Assembly (NCBI GenBank): GCA_965250285.1
Contig: OZ252299.1
Span: 704,001-768,000, forward strand
Direction: 5' to 3'
Source: Myxococcota bacterium
GTDB taxonomy: Bacteria; Myxococcota_A; UBA9160; UBA4427
DNA length: 64,000 nucleotides
This document shows, piece by piece, positions 9,740-18,665 of the stretch (position 1 is the first letter of the stretch; each line of letters begins with the position of its first letter). The position numbers and the translations under genes are program-made. The notes below the pieces were generated by a model, which saw nothing but the letters and a program-made list of their open reading frames with translations, ran no database searches and had not been told where the DNA came from.

Positions 9740-10996
9740 TCAGTCGCGCTCGATGCCGTATCGCGACGCGTAGTCGTCGAACTCTTGCGCGAGCCCGGCG
9801 TAGGTCCACCCGAAGTCGGCTGGATCGTACGCGTGCAGCCCGGCCGCGCTCGGGCTCGGGCGATTCATCCACGCCTGCATGCGACGTTCGTGAAGCGGCG
9901 AGATCGCCTGGCCGAAGTGGTCGTGAATTCGCCGCACGGTGCCGATCGGGTCGGCGACGAGATCCTTGTAGTGCATGTGAAAGCACCAGCCGTCGCGCGC
10001 GTCGTCGTCGAACGTCATGCCCGTCGCCAGCGCGCTGCCGAGCTTGGTCTTCCAGTCTTCGGCGACGGGACGCGGATCCGATCGTGTCGTGAACATGCGC
10101 TGCAGCGTGTTGACGAGGCTCGCGAGCGAAGTCACGACCGGGCCCGGATCACGGTGCGTCCAGATGATGCGCGCGTCGGGATACGTGTCGAGCAGCGTCG
10201 ACAGGCTCCACAGGTGGTTCGGCGTCTTGAGGATCCAGCGCTCGGTCGGTTGCGCGGCCTGCAGCGCCTGCAGGGCCAGCTTGTGCTGCGCATAGGCCGG
10301 TGCCATGTCGCACCGCGCCAGCCAGCGACCGTAGCTGGGCACGAAGGCCTGGGTTTCGACACCGAGTGTCCGAACGTCGTACATGAAGAAGGCGACGCAT
10401 TCCTGTGCCAGCATCGCCCCGGTCGGATGCATGAACGCGAAGGGCGGATTGAGCGCGTGCAGCTGATCGACCTCGCGCTGATTCTCGGCAATGCGGGGAT
10501 CGGTCGCGGCGGTCTCGAGGTCGGCGGGTGGAATCAGATCGGCGGCCTCCCAGTGCAGCGGTGCGCGGGCGAGCGGGTCGAGCCCCAGCAGATTCGAGAG
10601 CAGGCTCGATCCGGTGCGCGGGAGCCCCACGATCACCCAGGGCCGCTCGATGCGTTCGTCGCGAATCTCGGGGTGCGCCTTCGCCCAGGCGCTCAGCTTG
10701 ATGCGGTTCGTGAGCGCGCGCTCGAGCATGCCGCGTACGCCGAGCCGACCGAAGGTGTTGAGCTGGGCCTCGTCGCGCGCCGCGGCGAGGTAGCGCTCGA
10801 GCGGCTCGCGATAGCTGTCGCTTCCGAGGTCGTCCGAGCCGGCGGCCTTGACGGCTGCGCTCACGATCACGTCGGGTTCGAGCGAGGGCAGCGGGCGCCC
10901 CAGTCGTTCCAGGGCGCCGCCCACGCGATTGAGCACTCGCAGCGGCACCGACTCGAGCGTGGCGTCGCGAAACGTGTAGGCGCGGGGCTCGGTCAT
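9740..10996 (-). CDS. Sulfotransferase family protein
   Basis: PAPS-binding loop IVGLPRTGSSLL, WILKTPNHL, IIWTHRDP. RBS upstream. Confidence 0.9.
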   Translation of the reverse strand: MTEPRAYTFRDATLESVPLRVLNRVGGALERLGRPLPSLEPDVIVSAAVKAAGSDDLGSDSYREPLERYLAAARDEAQLNTFGRLGVRGMLERALTNRIKLSAWAKAHPEIRDERIERPWVIVGLPRTGSSLLSNLLGLDPLARAPLHWEAADLIPPADLETAATDPRIAENQREVDQLHALNPPFAFMHPTGAMLAQECVAFFMYDVRTLGVETQAFVPSYGRWLARCDMAPAYAQHKLALQALQAAQPTERWILKTPNHLWSLSTLLDTYPDARIIWTHRDPGPVVTSLASLVNTLQRMFTTRSDPRPVAEDWKTKLGSALATGMTFDDDARDGWCFHMHYKDLVADPIGTVRRIHDHFGQAISPLHERRMQAWMNRPSPSAAGLHAYDPADFGWTYAGLAQEFDDYASRYGIERD

Positions 10997-11074
10997 CTTC
11001 CTTCTCTCTCCATGCCTGGATGCTTCCTCGATCGTGCGATGGCGCGATCTGCTCAGGGACGATTCGGCCCGTCA

Positions 11075-11680
11075 TCAGCGCGTTGCGTCGAGACGACGCA
11101 TCGTCGCCTCGATCGTGGGCGCGAGCATCGTTCGCAGGAATCGCCGGGTGTCGTCGGCATCGCTCGCCGAGCGCTCGCTCGGCCACGCCACGAAGGAGAG
11201 CAGCAAGCGCAGGATCCACTCGGTCAGGTCGTCGACGGCGCGCGCGGCGTCGTCGTCGCCTGCGTGCGTCGGCGACGCGTCTGCTGCATGCGGGCTCAGC
11301 GAATGAACCACGAGCGCGCGGGCCATGCGCCGAAGGGCGTCCGACCCGAGGAGCTGGTCGGCCGACCACAGCGCCGTCTCGCCCGAGAAGAAGTGTCGGT
11401 GCAGCGGCCGCAGCGGCACCTGCTCGAGACAGAAGAGGACGCCCTCGACCACGCGGTCGACCGGGTCGCTCACGCGCGCCAGCTGGATGGCGGCGTCCGC
11501 GGCCATCTCCTGCGATTCGATCTCGAGGACGGCGAGGAAGACCTGCTCGTGCGTCGCGTAGCGCCGGTAGAGCGTGGCGCGCGAAAGCCCCGCTTCGGCG
11601 GCGATGTCGGCCATCGTGGTCTTGCGGACCCCGAGGCGCAGATACAGCGACCGGGCGGCTTCGAGAATCTCCTGAGACAT
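11075..11680 (-). CDS. TetR/AcrR-family regulator
   Basis: TTMADIAAEAGLSRATLYRRY HTH. Confidence 0.9.
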   Translation of the reverse strand: MSQEILEAARSLYLRLGVRKTTMADIAAEAGLSRATLYRRYATHEQVFLAVLEIESQEMAADAAIQLARVSDPVDRVVEGVLFCLEQVPLRPLHRHFFSGETALWSADQLLGSDALRRMARALVVHSLSPHAADASPTHAGDDDAARAVDDLTEWILRLLLSFVAWPSERSASDADDTRRFLRTMLAPTIEATMRRLDATR

Positions 11681-11707
11681 GACACGTAGTTTGTATCACG
11701 TCTCAGG
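11671..11707. promoter_or_regulatory. Inverted repeat over the TetR start codon, putative autoregulatory operator
   Basis: cctgagacatgaca...tatcacgtctcagg, arms match at 12 of 14 positions. Confidence 0.55.
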
Positions 11708-11819
11708 GGCGTTGGGCCAGGGGAATCCCGTTGCGTCGAACGCACGGAGGCGACTGCGCGATCGTGCGCAGGCAGGGCTTGTTCGAGGCGGGGCGTGCGT
11801 AGGGTGGGGCGGGCTCTCG

Positions 11820-11848
11820 GCGCGGCGGCGGTCGACCCGCCGCCGCGC
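11820..11848 (-). terminator. GC hairpin downstream of PEP-CTERM gene
   Basis: gcgcggcggcgg-tcgac-ccgccgccgcgc, 12-bp stem just after the stop at 11860. Confidence 0.5.
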
Positions 11849-11859
11849 GGAGCCGAAGC

Positions 11860-12540
11860 TCAGCGCCGGCGGGACGCCAGCAGCGCCAGGCCTGCCCCGA
11901 CGAGCAGCGCGGTCGAGGGCTCGGGGATGATCCCGACCTTGAAGCCGTACTGCGACGACGAGCCTCGACCGTCCGTGAGCTGGCCGGTCGAGGTGAGCGT
12001 GAAGCCGTCGGCGATCCGTGCATCGGTGATCACGATGTACTCGGCGTTCTGATCGCCGATCAGGTCGCCGAGCAGGATCGGCGCGCCCGAGCTGAACGTG
12101 ATGGTGATCCCGCCGACGAGGTTCGCGGCGTCGCCATCGTTGGCGCGCGCGCGGATCGCGAGCGCGTTGAGACCCGTGCCCGGAAAGCCCGAGGCCGTCG
12201 AGGCACCGGCGGCCAGCGAGGGATCGAGCGTCACCGCGTCGACGCCGTCGAACGAGAACGTCACAGCGTGATCGTTCGTCGACGGGCCGGGCAGCCAGGC
12301 GTTCTGTCGGGGGTTGCCGGGACCGACGGGGATGTCGGATGCATCGACGACCGAGTACTCCCAGTCGCCCGAAGCGCCGCCGTTGCCCCAGCGGACGTTG
12401 CCGCCGAACGACTTCACGAAGTCGGCGTTGGCCAGAAAGTCGGCGTCGCTGTCGTAGTTCGTCACGATCGGCACCGCGGAGGCGGTGCTGGTCGCGAGCC
12501 CAATCGTCAGCAGCAGGAACAGGGGTGTCGCAAGTCGCAT
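11860..12540 (-). CDS. PEP-CTERM sorting domain protein
   Basis: Signal peptide MRLATPLFLLL...ASA, C-terminal IPEPSTALLVGAGLALLASRRR, RBS ggaggag before ATG 12540. Confidence 0.92.
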   Translation of the reverse strand: MRLATPLFLLLTIGLATSTASAVPIVTNYDSDADFLANADFVKSFGGNVRWGNGGASGDWEYSVVDASDIPVGPGNPRQNAWLPGPSTNDHAVTFSFDGVDAVTLDPSLAAGASTASGFPGTGLNALAIRARANDGDAANLVGGITITFSSGAPILLGDLIGDQNAEYIVITDARIADGFTLTSTGQLTDGRGSSSQYGFKVGIIPEPSTALLVGAGLALLASRRR

Positions 12541-12571
12541 CAGGTTCTCCTCCCAGAGGCCCTGTGTGGTG

Positions 12572-12587
12572 TGCAAGCCCCGTTCCA
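12572..12587 (-). promoter_or_regulatory. Sigma-54 (-24/-12) promoter of PEP-CTERM gene
   Basis: Minus strand TGGAACGGGGCTTGCA (GG-N10-GC), about 30 nt upstream of the start. Confidence 0.75.
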
Positions 12588-12771
12588 TCCGAAACATTGA
12601 CAAAAAATAATGATTTCAGGTACTTGAGATCGATTGGGTTCCGAAGTGGAAACCCCGCGACGCGAATGTTTTTCCACAGATGGAACCCCTTTTCCTTCGT
12701 TCCGCCCGTCTCGTCTCGGTTCTGGCCCTCTCGAGGGAACGGCCGGGCGCGCTCGGTATGCTCCGCGCCCC

Positions 12772-14715
12772 ATGCCGCTGGTGAACTTCGAGCAGCTCAC
12801 GGTTTCGTTTGGTCAGGCGCCCCTCCTCGACGAGGCGAGCTTCCAGATCGACGCGGGCGAGCGCGTTTGCCTGATCGGGCGCAACGGCGCCGGCAAGTCG
12901 ACACTGCTCAAGATCGTCGAGGGCAGCCTGGCCCCCGATGCGGGTGGGGTGTGGCGCGAGCCCGGGCTCGAGATCGCGCGACTCGCTCAAGAGCTGCCAG
13001 GCGATCTCGAAGCCAGCGTCTATGACGTCGTCGCCGAGGGGCTCGCCGAGTCCGGTCGGCTGCTCGCGCAGTACCACGCGGCGTCGCTTGCCGTCGCCGA
13101 AGACCCGACTCGACTGGGTCAGCTCGAGAAGCTGCAGCACCGCGTCGATGCGGTCGATGGGTGGCGGCTCGGTGAACGCATCGATCAGATGCTCGCGCGG
13201 CTCGAGCTCTCTCCTGACGCGCGCATCGCCACGCTCTCGGGTGGGTGGCGACGGCGCGTCGCGCTCGCGCAGGCACTGGTGGGTGAGCCCGACCTGCTGC
13301 TGCTCGACGAGCCGACGAATCACCTCGACCTCGAGCTGATCGATTGGCTCGAAGCGCAGCTGCTCGATCTGCGGTGTGGCGTGCTCTTCGTCACGCACGA
13401 CCGCACGCTGCTCACGCGCCTCGCGACGCGGATCGTCGAGCTCGACCGGGGGCAGTTGACGTCATGGCCGGGCGACTACGCCCGCTTCGTCGAGAAGAAG
13501 TCGGCCGCGCTCGAAGAGGAGGCTCGCCACGCGGCCCTCTTCGACAAGAAGCTCGCGCAAGAAGAAGCGTGGATCCGCCAGGGGATCAAGGCGCGTCGTA
13601 CCCGCAACGAAGGGCGCGTGCGCGCGCTCGAGCGCATGCGCGAAGCGCGTGCGGCGCGTCGCGAAGTCGAGGGCAAGGCGAAGCTGTCCCTCGACGAGGC
13701 AGAGGCGTCCGGCAAGCTCGTCGTCGAGGCCGAGCACGCGTCGTTCACCTGGCAACCCGGGGATGCGCCGGTGATCGACGACCTCTCTGTGCGCATCATG
13801 CGCGGGGACCGCATCGGGCTGGTCGGCCCGAACGGCGTCGGCAAGACCACGCTCCTGCAGCTGCTGCTCGGCGAGCTCGCGCCGACGGCAGGCGACGTGC
13901 GACTCGGGACCAAGCTCGAGATCGCCTACTTCGATCAGCTTCGGGCCGAGCTCGACCTCGACCAGACCGTCGTCGAGGCCGTCGCCGACGGTCACGATTT
14001 CGTCGACATCGGTGGGCAGCAGCGCCACGTGATCGGCTATCTGCAGGATTTCCTGTTCGAGCCGGCCCGTTCGCGCACCCCGATTCGCGCGCTCTCGGGG
14101 GGCGAACGCAACCGCCTGCTCCTGGCGAAGCTCTTTGCGCGCCCGGCGAACCTGCTCGTGCTCGACGAGCCGACGAACGATCTCGACATCGAGACGCTCG
14201 AGCTGCTCGAAGCGCTGCTCGTCGACTTCAACGGAACGATCCTGGTCGTCTCACACGACCGAGCCTTCCTCGACAACGTCGTGACGTCGACGCTCGCGTT
14301 CGAAGGCGCGGGTCGCGTGCGCGAGCACGTCGGCGGCTACAGCGATCTGCTCGCGTTTCGGGCCAGAGCGGCGAAGCGCGCCTCGGCCGACGACGGAGCG
14401 CAGAAGAAGGCGCAGAAGACGAGGAAGTCTGCGCACGCAGATGCCAGCGCTTCGAAACGCCCCCGCAAGCTCAGCTTCAAGGATGCGCGGGCCCTCGAAG
14501 CGCTGCCGAGCGAGATCGAAGACCTCGAGGCCGAGCAGGCCGAGCTCGTCGAACGCATGAGCGACCCGGCCTTCTACGCAACCGATGGCGACGAGCAGGC
14601 GGCGGCGCACGATCGCGTCGCCGCGCTGACCACCCAGCTCGAAGCGGCGTACGAGCGGTGGACCGAGCTCGAGGCGTTGCGCGAAGAGATCGAGGCCGGC
14701 GCGAAACCGGGGTAG
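12772..14715 (+). CDS. uup: ABC-F family ATPase Uup
   Basis: Two ABC domains (GRNGAGKST, LSGGW; GPNGVGKTT, LSGGE), WIRQGIKARRTRNEGRVRAL linker, C-terminal KLSFKD coiled coil. Confidence 0.92.
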   Translation: MPLVNFEQLTVSFGQAPLLDEASFQIDAGERVCLIGRNGAGKSTLLKIVEGSLAPDAGGVWREPGLEIARLAQELPGDLEASVYDVVAEGLAESGRLLAQYHAASLAVAEDPTRLGQLEKLQHRVDAVDGWRLGERIDQMLARLELSPDARIATLSGGWRRRVALAQALVGEPDLLLLDEPTNHLDLELIDWLEAQLLDLRCGVLFVTHDRTLLTRLATRIVELDRGQLTSWPGDYARFVEKKSAALEEEARHAALFDKKLAQEEAWIRQGIKARRTRNEGRVRALERMREARAARREVEGKAKLSLDEAEASGKLVVEAEHASFTWQPGDAPVIDDLSVRIMRGDRIGLVGPNGVGKTTLLQLLLGELAPTAGDVRLGTKLEIAYFDQLRAELDLDQTVVEAVADGHDFVDIGGQQRHVIGYLQDFLFEPARSRTPIRALSGGERNRLLLAKLFARPANLLVLDEPTNDLDIETLELLEALLVDFNGTILVVSHDRAFLDNVVTSTLAFEGAGRVREHVGGYSDLLAFRARAAKRASADDGAQKKAQKTRKSAHADASASKRPRKLSFKDARALEALPSEIEDLEAEQAELVERMSDPAFYATDGDEQAAAHDRVAALTTQLEAAYERWTELEALREEIEAGAKPG

Positions 14716-14816
14716 GCTGCGGCACGCGACCAGAGTGGGGATCGCAATAGCCGGCTGCCGTCCGCTCGACGCGCCCCCGGCGCAGACCTCGAACTGGCTC
14801 GCCGATCGGAGACCGA

Positions 14817-16286
14817 TTGCCCGACGTCCGCGAACCCGTCACGTACCGCGAGGCCGACGTCGGCTACTTCGAGGCGCGCCGGCTGCGGCGCTTCGCCGGC
14901 GTCTGGTCGCTCTGGGCGCTCGGCGTCGGGGCGGTGATCTCGGGTGACTTCTTCGGGTGGAACTTCGGGCTGCTGGCCGGCGGCTTCGGCGGTCTGCTCG
15001 TCGCGACCGCGATCGCCGCGATCATGTACGTCGGCCTCTGCTTCTCGATCGCCGAGATGAGCCCGGCGCTGCCCCATACCGGCGGCGCCTACTCGTTCGG
15101 TCGCACCGCGATGGGACCGTGGGGCGGGTTCATCACCGGCCTGGCCGAGTGCATCGAGTACGTGTTGACGCCGGCGGTCATCGTCGTCGGCATCGGCGGC
15201 TACGTCGGCTCGCTCGCCGACCAGACCCTCGGCCTCGCGCTGCCTTCGCCCGTCTGGTGGGCGCTCTTCTATGCGCTCTTCGTCGGGATCAACATCGCGG
15301 GCGTCGAGCTGACTTTTCGCGTCACGATCGCAGTGACGGCGCTCGCGCTCATGGTCCTCGTCGTCTTCTGGATCGGCGCGTGGCCGCACTTCTCGTGGGC
15401 GCATGCGCTCGACGTTCCGCCCGAGCCCGGGCACGGCGTCTGGTTCCCCCGCGGCGCGGCGGGCGTCGCTTCGTCGCTGCCCTTCGCCATCTGGTTCTAC
15501 CTCGCGATCGAGCAGCTACCGCTGGCGGCCGAAGAGAGCCACGACCCGAAACGCGACATGCCGAAGGGCCTGATCTACGGGCTCGCGACGCTGGTCGTCG
15601 CGTCGATGCTGACGCTCTTCTTGAATGCAGGGATCGCGCCGGGGGCCGCCACCGTGGGTGCGTCCGAAGAACCGCTCATTCTGGCGCTGCGAACGATCTT
15701 CGGCGACGGGCTGTCGAGCGCGATGCTCGGGCTCGCCGCCTTGACGGGCCTCGTCGCGAGCTTCCACGCGATCATCTACGCCTACGGACGAAACATCTAC
15801 TCGCTGAGCCGCGCCGGGTACTTTCCGACGTGGATGTCTCGTACCCACGCCACCCGCCATACGCCCCATGTGGCACTCGGCGTCGGGGCTGCGATCGGCT
15901 ACGGCGTCGCCCTCGCGATCGAATACGGCGGGGCGGTCTTCGGCGACGTTCCGGTCGGAGCCGTTCTGCTGAACATGGCCGTCTTCGGGGCCGTGATCGC
16001 GTATGTGATGCAGATGCTCGCGTACGTCCGACTCAAGCGACTGACGCACCTCGAACGGCCCTACGAAAGCCCGCTCGGTGTCGCGGGTGCGTGGATCTCG
16101 CTTGCGATCGCAGCCGCGACGCTCGTGGCCCTGTTCGTGAATCCCGACTACCGCCCCGGCGTGTACGGCGTCGCGATCTGGTTCGCCGTCGGGCTCGGCT
16201 ACTTCTACTTTCGCGCCCGCCACCGGATGATCCTGTCGCCCGAAGAAGAGTTCGCGCGAGATCAACGGCGCGATCCGCCGACCTAG
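14817..16286 (+). CDS. APC-family amino acid/ethanolamine permease
   Basis: About 12 TM, GVGAVISGDFFGWNFG, PFAIWFYLAIEQLPLAAEE. Confidence 0.88.
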   Translation: MPDVREPVTYREADVGYFEARRLRRFAGVWSLWALGVGAVISGDFFGWNFGLLAGGFGGLLVATAIAAIMYVGLCFSIAEMSPALPHTGGAYSFGRTAMGPWGGFITGLAECIEYVLTPAVIVVGIGGYVGSLADQTLGLALPSPVWWALFYALFVGINIAGVELTFRVTIAVTALALMVLVVFWIGAWPHFSWAHALDVPPEPGHGVWFPRGAAGVASSLPFAIWFYLAIEQLPLAAEESHDPKRDMPKGLIYGLATLVVASMLTLFLNAGIAPGAATVGASEEPLILALRTIFGDGLSSAMLGLAALTGLVASFHAIIYAYGRNIYSLSRAGYFPTWMSRTHATRHTPHVALGVGAAIGYGVALAIEYGGAVFGDVPVGAVLLNMAVFGAVIAYVMQMLAYVRLKRLTHLERPYESPLGVAGAWISLAIAAATLVALFVNPDYRPGVYGVAIWFAVGLGYFYFRARHRMILSPEEEFARDQRRDPPT

Positions 16287-16365
16287 GCCTTCACAGCGGG
16301 TCGCGGAACGAGGCGGTGCGCGACAGCGACGGACGTGGGGGGGAGGGCGAGGCGCGGCCCTCGAC

Positions 16366-18570
16366 CTACTTCGGCTCGAGCGCGTCGATGGCCGCGCCGA
16401 CCGGACGCTTGCCCAGCCAGGTGAGCAGCGATTCGACGGCCTGTACGTTCGAGAGTCGACGGCGGGCCTTCGTCGCCTGATCGGCGGCGCCGACGCGGAA
16501 GGTCGCCCCGAGGCCACTCAAGGCGTTGAACGCGTCTTCGTCGGTTTCGTCGTCACCGACGTAGATCGTCCGAAGCTGCTCCGACCACCCGGGCCCGTAG
16601 CACTCGCGCAGCACGTGCAGCACCGCGTGCCCCTTGTCCCACCCGATCGGCGGGCGCGCCTCGACGGCGCAGAGTGCATCTCGGGCCTGGAACCCGGCCG
16701 CACGGATCATCTCGCGCGCCCGCGCGGCCGTGTCTTCTTGCGCCGACGCGTCGGCTTGGCGGAAGTGCAGGGTGAGCGATGCCCCCTTCGCTTCGACCCA
16801 GGCGCCCTGGACGCCGAGCGCATCGAGCTTGTTGGCCAGCTCTCGCGCCCGCTGCGTGTAGTGCTCGATGTCGGGGTGGCGGTAAGGGGGGAGCCCCGGC
16901 CCCTCGATCTCGAGCCCGTGATTGCCTGCGAAGACGAGTCCGTCGATGTCGACGAGGCCGCGCACATCGGAGAGGCCTCGGCCCGAAATGATCGCGACCC
17001 GCGTGTCGGCCCGATCGGCACACGTCTGCAGCGCCGCCTTCATGTGCGATTCGAGCCGGGCCTTCGAGGGATGGCTGGCGATCTCGGCGAGGGTGCCGTC
17101 GTAGTCGAGGAAGAGGAAGAGCGGGCGGGTCTTCAGGAATTCGCCGAGCCATGATTCGAAGTCGGTCGCGCCCACAGGGGCGATGTGCCCGCGCGGCGTC
17201 TGGGCCTTGGCGAGGAACGAGGTCAGCCAGGCGCCCAGATCGTTGCGGCGCTCGCGACGCTGCAGGGCCCGCATCCGCGCCTCGCGCTGATCGGCGGGCA
17301 TCGTGAGCGCCTGGTGCAGCACCTCGGCCACGCTGTCGATGTTGTACGGGTTCACGAGCAGCGACTCGAGCATCGTCTCGGCAGCGCCCGCGAGCCGCGA
17401 GAGCACGAGCACGCCCGGATCGTCGACCTGGCTCGCGACGAACTCTTTCGCCACGAGGTTCATTCCGTCGCGCAGTGGCGTCACGACCGCGACGTCGGCG
17501 TCTCGGTACAGCGCCGAGAGGCGCGCCGCGGGCACCGAACGGTGGAGATAGCGAATCGGGGTCCAGTCGCTCGCGCCGAAGCGTCCGTTCACGCGCCCGA
17601 CCAGCTCGTCGAGCTGTCGCTTGAGGCTCCGATACTCGGAGACCTGCTCTCGAGACGGCACGGCGACCTGGATGAGCTCGACCTGCCCGCGGTGCTCAGG
17701 GTGCAGCTCGAGGAGCCGCTCATAGGCAAGGACCCGTTCGGGAATGCCCTTCGTGTAGTCGAGCCGGTCGACCCCGAGCAGGGTCTGCACGGGGCCTGCG
17801 CCTTTGCGCGTCGCCTCGCGTGCCTGCTCGTCGTAGTGGTCGTAGTCGATGCCGAGCGGAAAGGCCTGCACCGAGACCGTGCGCTCTCCGTGCTCGATCT
17901 GGCCCATCTCGCGGTCGATTCGCTCGCCCAGGAGCCGTTCGACACAATCCATGAAATTCGACACGTAGCCGGGATGGTGGAAGCCGATCAGGTCGCAGGC
18001 CAACATGCCGCGCAGCACCTCGCGACTCCACGGCAGCACGCGAAACAGGTCGAAGGGCGGGAAGGGGATGTGCAGGAAGAAGGCGAGGCGCGCGTTGCGT
18101 CGAAGGGCGCGCAAGTGCTCGGGACAGCGCGTCAGGTGGTAGTCGTGGATCCAGACGAGGTCGTCTTCTTTCATGAGCTCGTGCGCGCGCTGCGCGAAAA
18201 GTGCGTTCACGCGCTCGTAGACGTGCCAGTCCTTGCGGTCGAGCGACGTGCGCTCGAGCAGGGAGTGGAACAGGGGCCACAGCGTCGCATTCGAGAAGCC
18301 GTGGTAGTAGCGCTTGATGTCGACATTCTGCAGCGGAATCGGCTCGAGCGCGTACTCACCGCCCGGCACGGCGAGCTGCTCACCCGGGCGAATCGGGCCG
18401 CCAGGCCAGCCGATCCAGGTGCCTCGGCGACTCTTCATCGCTGGGTCGAGCGCCGCCACGAGTCCCCCACTCGAGCGCTCGACGCGCAGCTCGCCGCGGT
18501 TGCGTTTCAGGGTCACAGGGAGTCGATTCGAGAGGACGAGCAATCGCTGGTCTGTCGCCGCGGCAGCCAT
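16366..18570 (-). CDS. otsAB: Bifunctional trehalose-6-phosphate synthase/phosphatase
   Basis: GT20 motifs SNRLP, WIHDYHL, FLHIPFP, GVDRLDYTKG, RDGMNLVAKE. HAD domain FLDYDGTL...YVGDDETDED. Confidence 0.93.
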   Translation of the reverse strand: MAAAATDQRLLVLSNRLPVTLKRNRGELRVERSSGGLVAALDPAMKSRRGTWIGWPGGPIRPGEQLAVPGGEYALEPIPLQNVDIKRYYHGFSNATLWPLFHSLLERTSLDRKDWHVYERVNALFAQRAHELMKEDDLVWIHDYHLTRCPEHLRALRRNARLAFFLHIPFPPFDLFRVLPWSREVLRGMLACDLIGFHHPGYVSNFMDCVERLLGERIDREMGQIEHGERTVSVQAFPLGIDYDHYDEQAREATRKGAGPVQTLLGVDRLDYTKGIPERVLAYERLLELHPEHRGQVELIQVAVPSREQVSEYRSLKRQLDELVGRVNGRFGASDWTPIRYLHRSVPAARLSALYRDADVAVVTPLRDGMNLVAKEFVASQVDDPGVLVLSRLAGAAETMLESLLVNPYNIDSVAEVLHQALTMPADQREARMRALQRRERRNDLGAWLTSFLAKAQTPRGHIAPVGATDFESWLGEFLKTRPLFLFLDYDGTLAEIASHPSKARLESHMKAALQTCADRADTRVAIISGRGLSDVRGLVDIDGLVFAGNHGLEIEGPGLPPYRHPDIEHYTQRARELANKLDALGVQGAWVEAKGASLTLHFRQADASAQEDTAARAREMIRAAGFQARDALCAVEARPPIGWDKGHAVLHVLRECYGPGWSEQLRTIYVGDDETDEDAFNALSGLGATFRVGAADQATKARRRLSNVQAVESLLTWLGKRPVGAAIDALEPK

Positions 18571-18665
18571 TGCGCGAGCATACCGCGTCGGCGCTGCGTC
18601 GTGGAGCAGGCAGCGAAGCCGCTGCCCACACGATGGGATTGTTTCGAACGGGAGACGAAGTGACG

